NCBI GenBank assembly: GCA_037447605.1
Contig: CM074818.1
Span: 62,001 to 126,000, forward strand
Length of the DNA stretch: 64,000 nucleotides
Source of the DNA: Zygnema circumcarinatum SAG 698-1b
Taxonomy: Eukaryota > Plantae > Zygnematophyceae
Direction: 5' to 3'
In this document: positions 24,800 to 42,208 of the stretch, in pieces
Layout of the letters: each line of letters begins with the position of its first letter
How positions within the stretch are numbered: position 1 is the stretch's first letter
The notes under the pieces: generated by a model
The model's database searches: none
Told to the model about the DNA's origin: nothing
What the model saw: only the letters and a program-made list of their open reading frames with translations
Program-made: the position numbers and the translations under genes

Positions 24800-25042
24800 T
24801 CACCCGCCACTGCCTCTGTCCGTGGGGGAACTGAGATCGCAACTGAGGGATGGAGCCGGACGAGGGGGACGGACGTGGAGGCCGTACATGCTAGAATGGC
24901 CGTACGGGCTATATGGCGTACGGCTGCAGGGGCAGGGGGAGGGGCAGGGGGCGGGCGTTAGGGCTAAGGGCCGCCGCCGCCGCCGTCTCTTTCCCGCAGG
25001 GAGGGGAGGGGAGGGGAGGGGAGGGGAGGGGAGGGCTTCGCT

Positions 25043-28000
25043 ATGGCGGAGCGGTTCTCGGGGGCAGTGCGGCTGGCGGACCTCAACGACTTCATCGCGC
25101 CGTCGCAGGCGTGCGTCGTCAACCTCCAGGTCAAGCTCGACCTCGCGCAGGGCACGGCGCGCGATGGGGCAGTTCAGGTAACTTGCCTCCTCTCCCTCTG
25201 CCTCGGCCTCGCCGTCGCGATGTTCTTCAGCTCATGATTTGAAGCTGAATCGTGCCAGCAAGTTTTTATAAGGAAAATTACATCGCGCATCCCCCTCCCC
25301 CTCCCCCTCCCCCTATTCGTCCCTCGTCTGTTCGCATCCTTTAATTTTTGGTTTGTATTGGCCTCCTCTTCTCTCCTCGCTGTTTCCTCGTTTCCCCTCT
25401 ATCTCCCACCTCTTTATACCCCTGCCTCTATCTGTTCCTCTCGCTGTTGTATATTGACCTATGCGTTAGTGAATTTGCTCCGTGCCGTTTGTTAGTCGTG
25501 ACCTCCATCAGCTCCCTTTGTGTCCCTGGTGAGAAAAGTTTAAGTCCTACAGTTTCCATGAACTGCGTGAAAGTAACCCTGTTCTGTCAAGGCTGGACGA
25601 ATGATTGGTAGAACCAGAGAGGAACGTCTTATTTATTGGTCGTTTCCTTTGAATTTCGCTGATTTGAGGCTGCGTTCCGGGGGACGCAGGCAGGAGAGGT
25701 CCGAGTGCAGGCTCGGAAGCCGTCCGGGTCGGTAAAGCAGAAGGATGCGCAAGAGCCAGTTAAGGTCACTCTTCACGACTGCCTTGCGTGCAGGTTCGCT
25801 TCCATACGCGCAGCATATTCCCCTTGCATCATTGAAGGGTATTTTCTCTCCCTGTTTGCAAGTACATGTCAAAAATCTACGGCAACAATTTTTCTGTTTG
25901 TGAACTCATGTGCAACTCAAGCGTACAAGCTTCTCAATAGATCTCTGGTTCCATTCAGGACCTCCTTTCTGACCTTTAATAGCAATTATGCATTTGCACT
26001 TCGAGTGGTCTCTCCAATTTTAAAGAAGTTAAATTACTTTCACTGAGCTTTTGGCTACTTGATACGGTTAAGGCAAGGTGCAGTTGAAAGTCAAGTTGAA
26101 AGAAAAGCGCCTTCTTTATACATCTCACGTCATTCTATGTCAGCCTGAAATAGCATTTAGTTTGCCGCTTCTTGTCCGCAACTTTTGGAGTTCATCAAAG
26201 CATGTGGATTGGGGTTTGTTGTACACCATAAAGGGTCAAGTTTTTATTTTCAAGCAGTCGATAAGAGCTTTTACTCCTATATGGGTCCTGGGCTGGAGTA
26301 CTTGAATCTTTTCCTTACTTACTAGCGTTCTGTTTATTGACTAGGAACCCTTTAGGAAGTCTGTGTCAGGGACTGCTGACAGTGATCAACCCTTGAGTGG
26401 CTGCTGGCTATTTTGACGGCTATTGCAGTATGTCGAAGGGGCTCAGAGTGTGTCTGTATAAAGCTGAAGTTTGTACCATGGGGAGGAATTGGTGCAGTGG
26501 CTGCGTCACCTCCGCCGAGACGGTGATGTTGGAGCAGCAAAGCAACGGAGAGTTCTTGGCGCAGCTGCAGGCGTCAGAGCAGGCCGTCATTGTGTCTCTT
26601 TCTCCGCAGTCGCGTGCAGCCTTTGCTTCACATTATGACATCACACCCAAACAAGTGCGAATCAGATTTCCAGTGCCTTCTATTGTTAATGTCTAATTGG
26701 CAATGGTTCAGCAAGTACGCGGCCTGATGAGGACATGTCGTCCTTAACCCTAGCGGAACTGTTGTGAGTGGGGAACTGTTGTGAGTGGGGTGACAGGCAT
26801 TTTGCAAGCTTACAAGCTTCTTCAAGTCATTGGGAGTTAGAGCTGTGTTCGATACAAGCTGCAGTCGCGACCTGGCCCTTCTGGAAGCGTGTGAAGAGTT
26901 CACAGCTCGCTATAGGAAAGCAAAGCAGCAGGAGGGTGATGGCTTCCTGCCTATGTTAGCATCTGCTTGTCCAGGTGGGCACATCCTTGAAGCTTGGAGG
27001 AGCTAGTTAGCACAGTTCGTCACTGCGTCATCTGCTTGCATTTTGGACCGTTTTTCACTTATGGTTTTTCACTTACTGAAATCAAACTATGCCGCGCTTT
27101 GAAGGGACGATGAATGATGGAAAAGGATGAGGCTACATGGCGGAGGTGCGACAAGAGATAACATAGCTGTTTGCGTCATGTCGATGATATGTGGGGGACA
27201 GGATGGGTGTGTTACGCTGAAAAGACCCATGGCGACTATGTGCTGCCGTACATTAGCACCACCAAAAGCCCTCAACAGACAATGGGCGCTATTCTTAAAC
27301 GGTTTGCCTGCAAGGAACTCGGTTTGCGGTGCGCTCGTACACCTTGCCCTCGCATTACTGCGTGCTAAGGAAGGCACGCGACAGAAGGAAAAGAATGGAA
27401 AAATACGTAGAGTTCGTTTTTTTAAAGCGGGGATTGGACAGAAGGAATTAAAGTCTGTTTGATTATGGGTCGCCGGCTGCAGGCCTGAGCAGATCTACCA
27501 TGCGACAGTCATGCCCTGTTATGACAAGAAACTTGAAGCGTCTCGAGATGATTTTATATTTGCGATCGAGCGTGAGGAGAATGGAGCAGTGGCACAAGTG
27601 AAGGAGGTTGACTGCGTTTTGACATCAGGAGAGGTGCTCGAGTTGCTTCAGGTGAGAAAGTGGTTTCTTGGCTAGTGGGCTCTTTCGAAGGTTACAAGAG
27701 CTTACTCTAGCGTGGACACTTCGAATGCGAACATGGACTTTGCTTTACTAGGTCTGGGAGAGCACCTTGCACTCTGTACCTTCTCTGTACGTTAGACTCT
27801 GGCGAGGTAAACAGAGAGAGAGATGGTAGAACAATGGTCTATACTCTTCAGCACTTGTTTGAATAGTCGTGAGGAATGTGGGTGCAGACTCAAGTAAAGG
27901 ACTTTACTGCACTAGAGGAGGGATCTCTCGACTCCATGTGAGTATGATTACCGCTTGACTCAAGTGGGAATAGATGGTCCATTTCCAACACCGGCTAGCT

Positions 28001-29071
28001 GGTATCCTTCCACTAGTCTCCTCGTACAGGCCTAAAACCCCTTGTTCAAGCTTGATTGAGTGGAGAGGAAACAAGACATAGACGAACGTATGCAAGTTAC
28101 AGCCTTAATATTGTCTGGACTTGGGCTCGCTTCATGCAGGCTAAGCAATGTGAGTGAAGAGGGCCATCTCTATGGAGTAAGAGGCGGCTCTGGTGGCTAT
28201 GCAGAGTGCATTTTTCGTCATGCAGCGAGGGTGCTGTTTGGGAGGATTTTGGAGGGGCCATTGGAGTTTAGATCTGGGCGCAACGCAGACTTTAAAGAAC
28301 TTTCGTTAGAGGTGAACCTCTGCTGCCATAAAAGCCTACTAACAACGGATGTTGTTTGATGGAGCCGTTCATTCATTGTGGATCTTAAAATGTCCTATTG
28401 GACATGTATAGGTTGGTTACTCTGCAAGCGCAATCCTTCGGCCTACAGTTTAACTGCTGCTCTCTGTACAGGTGGACGGACAGCGGGTCTTGCACTTTGC
28501 ATGTGCTTACGGATTTCGAAACATCCAAAACTTGATACGCAAAGTGAAGCAAGGGCGGAGTGAGTACGACTTTGTGGAGATTATGGCGTGTCCCGGAGGT
28601 GAGAGGCCGCCTCCGCATGTGGATGGCAGACTGGTAATAATATGGCCTGTGACCTTTCTAGTAATAAGGCGAGGGCTGTATTGGGGGCTGTACAAGGAAA
28701 TTCTATCTGCTAACTGACGCCTCTCCTCTGCAGGCTGCCTCAACGGAGGGGGGCAACTGAAACCGGTGAAGGGTAGATCACAGAAGGAGCTTTTGCAAGA
28801 TCTGGAAAGTCGATATCTACAGGAGGTGAGCTTGGCGTGCACTTTGGCTGCGAGATCGAATGATGACCTGGAGGTGCAATTTCCGGGCTGACCTTATGGT
28901 TTTGTGGCCTGATGGCAGGTGGACGTCGTGGACCCCGGGCAGAACCCGCTGGTGCAAGCCCTGTACAAGAGGTGGCTGGATCGCCCCCTTTCTCCCTTGG
29001 CGAGGGAGGTGCTACACACTCACTACCACCAACGGGAAAAGACAGTGGGCATGCAAATTAGCAACTGGTAA
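25043..29071 (+). CDS. NAR1: Cytosolic Fe-S cluster assembly factor NAR1 (NARFL/GOLLUM, FeFe-hydrogenase-like)
   Basis: [111 protein letters not shown] across multiple exons; stop at 29069-29071. Confidence 0.95.
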
Positions 29072-29617
29072 CGCTGCTGCTGCCAACGCACGCGCTGTAC
29101 ATAGAGAGCTTGAGGGCTAGGAAGTGAATGATGCTCCACGCATTTGTACATTGCCATTTTAAAGAGTCTCCGCGTTGAGTCATTCTCCTGCCCTTCACTT
29201 ACTCTATTCTTCCATTATTTTACGTCAAACAAACGTGATCAGATGCAGTTCCGTCTTGGGTGAGGAGCACACAAAGATGCATTGCATAGCATTACAGCCT
29301 GACGTTCAAAATGGCCGCTTCATAGTGGTCGGGTCTCACGACGGCCGTTCACCGGTCAACAGTTCAGCAGCCATGCATCCTCCAAAACAAAGTAAAGCAA
29401 ACCATCCATTTTGGAAGCAGACCAAACATACTAGCGGGCACCTCCGAGGAAGGTGCGACGAGGCTCATCTCTCTTCAAAAAACAGAACGGTCCAACCCCT
29501 ACACCAACTGCTGCTGCTGCTGCTGCTGCTGCTGCTCGCCCTACTCCCCCTCCTTCCATCGCAACTGGGGCTGCAAAACTATGCCCGTCCCGGCAGGCTG
29601 TGGGTCCCTGCTGCCTC

Positions 29618-31574
29618 TCAGTCGGATTTCTTGGTCTTGCGGCGCTCCATGCGCTCGAAAGTGCTGCCGTCATACACTCCGCGAATGTCGTCCTTGCTCA
29701 CGCGCCAATCCCTGCCCGCCAGCAGCAGCCATGTGGCGAACCACTCAAGCTTGCCGGCCACCCTGCGGGGGAGGGAGGACATGCGGAGGCAGCAAAAGGT
29801 CAGAGACGAGGAAAGTTCAGGTCGCTGAATCAATGCGACAATATGGGGCACGAGTTATGCTCAACTCACCATCCAAAGAAGTCGAACACCTCGCGATTAG
29901 CTTCCGTCATGCGCAGGATCTCCCAAAATGTGAGGGCGCCTTTGTTGCCCTCGTCAAACTTGGAAAACATTTCTTCAAACTTTGCTGGTACAAATCTGTG
30001 AGGTGACAGAGGAAGCAAGTCCACGTAAGAATTCTCCATTCTGACGTTTGAAGCAGGACAGTGCGCAGACCTCACGTGTGCAGGGAGGCGACCTGGAGTG
30101 GTCCTTAAGATTGGGACATTCTAAAAACCCTAAAATCCACAACGAGCGAAGCTTGCAAGCTTCCGTTTCAGGATGCATTGCACCTGCCCTCCTTGTCGTA
30201 TACTCCCGTGTCGCTCCCGTGCTTCCCTTGATGGATGTTTCGGATGACGACGCTCAAAAATAGATCAGGGAGCCACCCCTGCCCGGGCCATTGCTTCCCA
30301 CACCTTTTTCAGGTCGTTTATGCGCACTTCTGATCGAGGTATTCTTGTGGATTGTCAGAGTAAAGCAAGGTTTAAAAAACAACACTGGCAAATTTGGAGA
30401 GAAACAGACGAGGACTAAGAAACGTGATTGCGAACCGACTGTCGTAATGAGGCTGACGGCGTCAGGAAGTACAATATCCGGGCAAGAACTTCAAAACGAT
30501 TATACGTACATCCTGGGTGACCCAGCTGAAGCTGGCATGAATGATGAACATGCCAATCAAAGATATGATGATGTTGAATCCGGCGGCGTGAAATCCTAGT
30601 CCCATGCCCAACCACATCCTCCAAAAGAATGAATGGAAAGTGAAAAGGATCGATGTTTCATATCTACGCGTAAAATTATTAGCCAAGCGAGTACATGCTG
30701 CCCACCCCTAACTAATTGCTTCTCAAAGGCGGGAACAAGACATACTGCCGCGCCCTTCCACCCACACCACCGTGACACGAGTAATGCTTTTGTTTAATAA
30801 ACCACCTGTTGCTTTCCCTTCGAGATGGAACCACGAACCATTGCAACCAAGAACTAAAAACTAGCACCAAAGACTCTGACCGAACAGAATAGAACAAAGA
30901 ACGAACACCGCATGAAGAATGTTCATGTAAGGTTCCAATTTATCATCGAGCCTGATCTATGCGTTCCCATCCACTATCCAGTACTCTCTCCGCACCCTTC
31001 TTAACCCAAACTGCAGTACGAGGCCGACCACAAACCAGCAAGAGTCTCCCAGGGGTAGATTTTGCCATCGCCATTGCGGTCAAAGAAGGCAACATGCTGC
31101 TGAAGCACAGAAAGGCCGAATGCTTCATGATTCTTCGAGCCGTCAGGGTGCTCTCTGTCAACAGCCGCGGTTGCCCGAGGCACGTCTGCCAGAAAACATG
31201 AGAATGGTCAGTCAAACGTGTCCCTCAATATCTGAGTACGACCCAAGCAAGAGAGAATTATGCGTCTTTGTTCACCGAGCAAAACGAAATATCTTCGATG
31301 AATTACGGGACACTGAATTTCTTTGAGATAAACAGTACCGCACGTATCTTGCACAAAAACTTCTCGAACAATAGGAATCAACTCGTCACAAAAGTAGTTA
31401 TTACGTTCTTGTATGTGCGGACCAAAAAAATGATGCCAGCTTACGTGGTTTTTCGATATATTTGTCAAGATCGTCAACCCTGACAGGCCGTTCCACAGTG
31501 ATCGGAGCACCGGGTGCAACCGATAGCGAACTCGGCCTATGCACTTCACCAACCGCCATTTCCTTCGAGCCCAT
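29618..31574 (-). CDS. CLO: Caleosin/peroxygenase (copy 1)
   Basis: [33 protein letters not shown] (EF-hand and heme His), [53 protein letters not shown]; six coding exons; start codon uncertain. Confidence 0.92.
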
Positions 31575-32103
31575 AGCCAGCCGCCACGCTAAGCAATACT
31601 GTAAGACAAGAAAAAAGAAATGTATCCAAAACAGTTGTATTCTCCCAGCAAAAGTTCAGCCCTGCTCTCTGTCACTTAAAAGGCAATCTTTCCCCAACAG
31701 GAAGAGGAAAACATGTCGAACAAGATATCCTTCTGGCGGAGGAGAAGACACCCCATTGGACATTATCGAGGTGCCATGCGTGTTGTAAGGCCCGCGGAGG
31801 CAGGGGGGGCACCTGGGAGCCATGGCGGCCGGCTTGCGCCTCGCTTGCGAGGCGGCGCCGCCGCGTGGCTATGGCGGCCTTGCATGCTCTGCATGGCCGC
31901 CGGGCGCTCCCTTTTATAGCTGATATCGATATACCCATCAGCAGTCGAGTACCGAACTAATTTTGATACCGATTTTTATCACGATATATCGTAAAATTTA
32001 AACATCGATACATTGACTGTACTGATTGTCAATACGATACATCGAGCCCCCTGCACAGGCAGGGAGGGTGGCGGGCGGAGGGACGGAGGGACGGCCAGCA
32101 GCC

Positions 32104-34901
32104 ATGGCTGCCCCGGGGGGGGGCCTGGACCTGACCGCCTTCCGTCTGCTGTACCCGGAGGTCTACTACGCGCAGATCTTCTCGCAGGGCGTGCGTCCCG
32201 ACGGCCGCCCGCTGGGCCGCTGCCGCCCAACCAGCGTGGCGCTCGGTGAGCGTCTGTCGGGCTGGCTTCCTTGGATGGCTGCTTTCTCCTCTGCTCTTAG
32301 CTCGGGAGTCCTGTGCTGGTTATTTTTCCTTTACATTGCTTCATGGCGATTCAGCTTCTGTACAAAAGGTCCTTTTCTCGGAAATTTGCACAATGACAAT
32401 GTCGGGTGTTTTCACAGTGTACCCATCAGCTCAATGTTTTTACTCTTCGATGAATTGCAGGGGCTGTTCCAGTCGCTGACGGTTCTGCTCTTGTGAAAAT
32501 TGGAAACACGGTGAGAAGCCAAGCCTACATTTGTATATAAAGGCATTTCTTGGGCCTTACCTTCTGCTTTGCCTCTTCTGACCTTACACCTGGCTCCTGC
32601 TGCCGAGATGTTTCATTTTTTCTTATCGTCCAAGTTTAGATGGTAAAAAATGCCTTTAAAGATTAAACCTTCTATTTGACTAAGCCTTCTACGAATCTCT
32701 CCTTGAACAGGCCGTTCTGGCGGCTGTGAAGCTGGAGTTCATGAAACCTTCTTCCGACGCTCCGAATAAAGGTCAACTAGGTGAGTTTCTGCTAGTGGAC
32801 ATTGACGACAAATACCTCATGCAACTACACATGCATGGCCCTTGGCCCTGCGCTAGCGAGCTCTGAAATATAAGCATTGAACATGCTACCCCCCGAATCT
32901 CTACGTTTTTTCTTCCTCCATCTGTGCTTCGAGAAAGAGAGAGAGCGCGCATGGAGCTTTTTACTTTTCGTATCACTATTCCCCAGTGTGGTGTATGGTG
33001 TTATTTGTAATCTTATCGTCGGGATATTCTAGATAGGATGAAACAATGATTCTGAACGAAGCGATTGTTTTCCGTACTTCATTCTCCTTAGTTTTATTGT
33101 CATTCAGAGGCAGCTATTCTGAGCTGTGTTGGCGCTTATTCTTTTTACCGCTCCTCTTGCATCCATGCAGTGATTAACTTCCAAATGCCTGCCATATGCT
33201 CCCCGAATGTCCGACCTGGACGGCCTTCAGAAGAGGCATTTTATGTAAATGAGCAGCTGGACAACATTCTTCGGAGGTGCGACAGCAGGCAACCCTATCC
33301 GCACTTTAGTTTGAAACCCAGCAAGTCGAGTATGTTTAGTTAAGAGGTCACGAAGCCACTGTTTAGATGGTCTTCCAAATGCAGTTTTCAAAATGGGCTT
33401 GAGAGTTTCAGGATAAAGAATATGCAAGCCGTAAACAGGGTGATATGCAGGTGATCTGTTGGTGATTCGATGCATGGGGGAAATGGAGCAGTTCTGCGCT
33501 AGTTAACGAAGAGGAGTTTTGCATTGAACCGAGACGCTTTGCTTGGAAAGCCTATTTGGTAAGTCTATCGTGCGAGTTTGTGTCCTCTTGTAACAGTCAT
33601 CTGTAGGGATGTTCGTTTGGGACGACTAAAAAACTAATGTCTGCCGTAAATTGAACTCGACGACACATATGACAAGTATGAGTATGATCTTCTTCTTCTT
33701 TCGAGTGTCGTTTTCTTTGTCTACTTCTTCTTATGGTAACTGAGTGATTAAGATACAGTTGTCAACATATGTTTCAGGATATCTACTGCCTTGATGCCGA
33801 CGGTTCCCTTCTTGATGCCGCCCTGCTGGCATCGGTGGCCAGTCTTACAGACTGTACGTTGCCCTTGTTCTTCCCTCTGCCTATCAAGTAGCACTTCATG
33901 GAGACACGATTTGGTAGAACCTCCAGAGCAGCTGAAAGCAAGCCGGCTATTTATCTCCCCCATGGAACCGCATCCTAGTACTTTGACGAGCCTTTAGACT
34001 TAAAAGAATGGGGCGATTGTCACTGTGCTTGCAGCAATGCGATATGCTAGAAACTTAGTGTCAAGAAGTCAAAGGGAGTTCAGCAGAGGAGCTCAAGCAT
34101 TGAGTTAATGGGAAGAGGCGGGGACTTAATGCATCGGGGCAGTGCAGCTTCCAGCTATTTCTATAACACGTCAAGGTCAAGTTTTGAGGCAAAACGGCGA
34201 CATGGTTCTCGACGAAAAGAGCCACGGCGACGTAGCGGAGGGAAACGGAGAGGAAATGGCATGTGACGACGATCGAAAGGAGCGTACAGAATGTTCCAAG
34301 AGGCTGCGCATGGGGTCGTTTCCAGTTGGCCTCACCTGCGCGCTTTACAAGGACTACCTGCTCACAGATCCGTCAGCAGATGAAGAGGCGCTTGCAAACA
34401 GTAGCGTAAACGTCGCCTTTGCGGGCGATGGACGGTTGGTCAGTCTTCAGAAAGCGGGAGGCAGCCTGAATGCGACCATAGCCACTCTGCAGGTATTTTC
34501 TTGATGCCTTCCTTCACGAAACGTACAGAGAAATTTAGGTGCATCAGGATGGCTGGAAGAAAGTGAGCTTCGCATGTTCCTTCAGTCTAAGAAACCATAC
34601 ATTGTCTACGTTTGGCCGTGATTCTAGTCACTGATGAATACGATTGGAAATTATGTTCGGTTATGAAAGACTTTGTCGGTAAATTGCTTACCATGATGTC
34701 CTTGCTCTTTCCCTTGGCCTCCTCAGGACAGTGTACTGTGAGGCGTCCTTGCTGCCTAAAAGGGACGTTATGATTTGTTGATTTGGTGGTTCCATGTCAA
34801 TGCAGGACTGCATGGCAGCAGCTCAACTGCGACTGAAGGAGGTGCAGCAGCTGTTGAAGGATGTGTGCGATGAGGCCGGCATTTCCTTAGAGGCGCAGTG
34901 A
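32104..34901 (+). CDS. RRP43: Exosome complex RNase PH-like subunit RRP43 (EXOSC8)
   Basis: AFRLLYPEVYY..GVRPDGRPLGRCR, DGSALVKIGNT, NFQMPAICSPNVRPGRP, WKAYLDIYCLDADGSLLDAALLA, YLLTDPSADEE, LQKAGG. Confidence 0.9.
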
Positions 34902-35700
34902 ATGGAGGAATGCTCGAGTCTAGCCTGGATACCGCGTCCATAAGGATGTTATTTTTGTTCAGTAGAGCCCCCCTCAATGTTCGCCCCTGCCGCCACCCTT
35001 GGAGGTTCCGGCTCTTGCTACCCCGGGTGCGATGAGTTGGTGGTCGGTATTCAAGTTTAGCAATAATCATGTCCTTTTTGCCGGGTACAGGACACGGGAT
35101 AGAGGGGTGGGGTAGTGGGACAGATGAGCCGCCTTAGAATTGTTGTGTCCGTGTGTGTACAGTGAACTGGCCGATGCTCGCTCTGTAGTGAAATGAGACG
35201 GTGACTGATCCATAGCGAACTCTTTGTTCCGGGGCCCTCTCTCGTGCTTCTCGTGGAAAAAAAAATCTATAGCTTTCAATCGTGGTTTCACATTCTCCCC
35301 ATCACCTCCCCCCTCTGCAGTGAGTGTTTTTGAAAGAAAAAAGAATCCCATATGATAGTATCATAGGCGATGATATCCACTGTACAGTACCGAATTGAAT
35401 CGAGCAGCGTGCTTCCGAGAAATACTGCAAGCAAACTGCACAATATTTCAAGATCCATATTCAGTTCCGCTGTCGGTATGCTGCCTCTGCTTCTGCTTCT
35501 TTGGTCAGCTCGTAAAAATGAAGCTCGTTCTGTGGCCTCAAGCCAAAGCATGCCCCTGCAGTCCATCCGGAGGCCCTGGAGATACCAAAAAGTAAATAAT
35601 TTCTCTTTTAAAAAAAAAGGCAAAAAGTTGTGTTCGAATTTCCCGCGCTCGCTCTCTCGCTCCCCCTCCGTGGAGGCGGCGGCGGAGGCGGAGGCGGGCG

Positions 35701-39649
<3,949 letters not shown>

Positions 39650-40266
39650 ACACAGAGACAGGCGGCGCTGTCTGCTGCAGCTTCTGCGCGCGCCGTGCGG
39701 GGCAGGGCATCAATTTATAGGAGCTTCTTGTCCAGTAGTGAAGTGACTGTCAGGGCGATGGAACAAGGTTGGCTGCTTGTGCAACCTGAAAGTGCCAGGC
39801 AGGACCGTTGCTTGAGTAGGCTACCAAGGCCAGCCGTGGTCTTTCAGCCTTTTGTATAGCGTATTCTGCGCCTGTGTAAAATTTTCAAAAAGAAGAAAAT
39901 AATCGACTGAAGATAATGATTTTTTGCACAGGACCTGAAAGTGCAGTCTATCATCTCCCGACATGGTTCGGCGAATTTCCAGAATGTCCGCCTCGTCCTG
40001 ACGGTGAAATCCGTCCACAGGGCCGTCTCTCAAATAGTGTCAAGAAAGGGAACGCAAGGGGGAGGGTGGGGGCGCTGCGCCCTTTAAATAATGGATGGGA
40101 ATGTGATAAGCAGGCGAGGCACTCGGAGCCTCCGCCGCGCAGTCCCCCGCTGCCCACGGACCCAGCGGCTGCTGCCGGCCGGCAGTACTTTCCGCCGACC
40201 GGCAGTACTCTCCGCCGGCCGCAGCCGATATGCCGGCGATCCGCCGATGGTGCCCCCGAGTGCTGC

Positions 40267-40452
40267 CATGCACCACGTGGCGCCACGTGGAGCGCGACAT
40301 TGCGTCCACGAGAGCTTGTCACCAGCCCCCCTGCCACGTGACATCTTGGGGAAGGAATCGCACCCTTGTGGGGTCGACACGTGACAGATCCGTCAGTGGA
40401 CGTCCACGTGGCACATCCACAGCACCTTAGCGGGGGGTCTCTGCGCCACGTG
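40267..40452. promoter_or_regulatory. RY element plus six G-boxes upstream of caleosin copy 2
   Basis: CATGCA at 40267 abutting CACGTG at 40274; further CACGTG at 40284, 40335, 40378, 40405, 40447; ATG at 40626. Confidence 0.55.
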
Positions 40453-40625
40453 GCGGCATTTGCGCGCGGGGGCGTGCATGGGGGCGCGCGCGCTTTCGTA
40501 TTTGAGGCAGCCGTCGGTGCGTGTTCTACTGCGCGGGAGATTCTGAAAAACTGGGTTTGTGGGCGCAAACCGCGGCCGCTCAGCAGGGAGAGAGGGCTGC
40601 AGTGAGGGAGGGAGGGAGGGAGGCC

Positions 40626-42208
40626 ATGGCGAGTCTCTCTGTGGCGGGGGGCGCCCCCATCACTTTCCACCGGCCGGTGAAGACAGACGACCTCGAGACG
40701 TACATCGACAAGCCAAGTGCGGAGTTTTCTGCACTCGTTTCCATGGCTGAGCGAGCTGCTGCCTGAATGACGGCGACTGACGCACCGGTCGCTGGTGGCT
40801 GGTTTTTTTCTTGGACAGATGTTCCTCGAGCGTACTTGGCAGTAGACAAGGAGCATCCTCAGGGATCAGCAGGCCACGAGCACAACAATCTCTCTGTCCT
40901 GCAGCAACATTGCGCTTTCTTCGATCGGAATGGAGACGGCATCATATATCCGTGGGAAACATATGTCGGTAAGTCTCACTGAAAGATAAAATGTTCAAAC
41001 TTTGAACTTTTTATTTGATTCAGCATCTCTGCGCCATTTAAAAAAAAGGGGGGGGAGTAGGTAGCGAATGAATGAATTTAGTTAGTCTTTCTCTCTCGTA
41101 CTGCTTGCATTTGGATGTTACTGTGTCAGCGTTATGAAAATGTACCACTTGCTTTTAGAGAAAAATACAATTCAATATATCCTGTGCCCCTGCGTCTGCA
41201 GTAGATTCGATGAAAGGCAAAGGGGTCCACTTTTTGTTTTAGGTTTTCGACAAATCGGATTCAACTTCTTGTGGTCATTTGGAGCTATGTTCATCATCAA
41301 TGGCTCGTTCAGCTGGGCTACACAGAATGTGAGCTTTCACTCCTCTTCGTACCGACTCCCTCGTTTGTGAGGTAATCCACGAAGTTGTCGTTGCAAGTTT
41401 GAATCGATTACGATCCTGGAAATATCTGTCCGTTGCGCGATGAACCGATGATAAGCGCTAGCCCCACAGAGTGCAGTGACGGCGTGGGAGGGAGTTGGGG
41501 GATGTGTTCGTGCGCAGTCGTGGTTTCCCTCGCCTCTGTTTTCCATCATTATAGCAAACATTCACCGAGCCAAGCATGGCAGCGACTCCGAAGTCTACGA
41601 CACCGAAGGCAGGTGAGGAGACACCGCTGACATGAAGTGAAGTCTCTGAAAAGGCTTTCAGCCCAATGAGCACCCTCTCGCCTTGCTTTTGGCTCTGCTG
41701 GCACGATCATTTCGTTTGCAGTGTTCCATTCACCCACTAGACTTCAAGATTTCCCTTGACCAGGTTTGTGCCAGAGAAGTTTGAAGAGCTCTTCTCAAAG
41801 TTTGACCACGGCCAAAAGAAAGCTCTCACTTTTTTGGAGCTGCTCGAGTTGACGGAGGCGAACCGTAACACCATGGATCCGTTCGGCTGGTCAGTGGGCT
41901 CGTTTCCATGGCGCTGCTGCAATCTCTGCTGCTAGATGTCGCCTCGTGAAGTCGTGACTGAAGTAAAGATGGAAAGAGCTATCTTGCAAAAGCTGTGCAA
42001 CAACTGACGTTGCCTCTCTTCCTCTCTCTCCTCCGCTCGCTTTGGCAGGACGGCGGAGAAGTTAGAATGGGGCTTGACGTATCTCCTACTCAAGGATGAG
42101 AAGGGTTTGGTTGCCAAGGACGGTATTCGCGGCATATTTGACGGTAGCGTGTTTGAGCATATTGAGCAGAAGTTGAACTCGGAGAAGAAGAAGAAAAAGC
42201 TGCACTGA
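40626..42208 (+). CDS. CLO: Caleosin/peroxygenase (copy 2)
   Basis: [108 protein letters not shown]; six exons; stop at 42206-42208. Confidence 0.93.
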
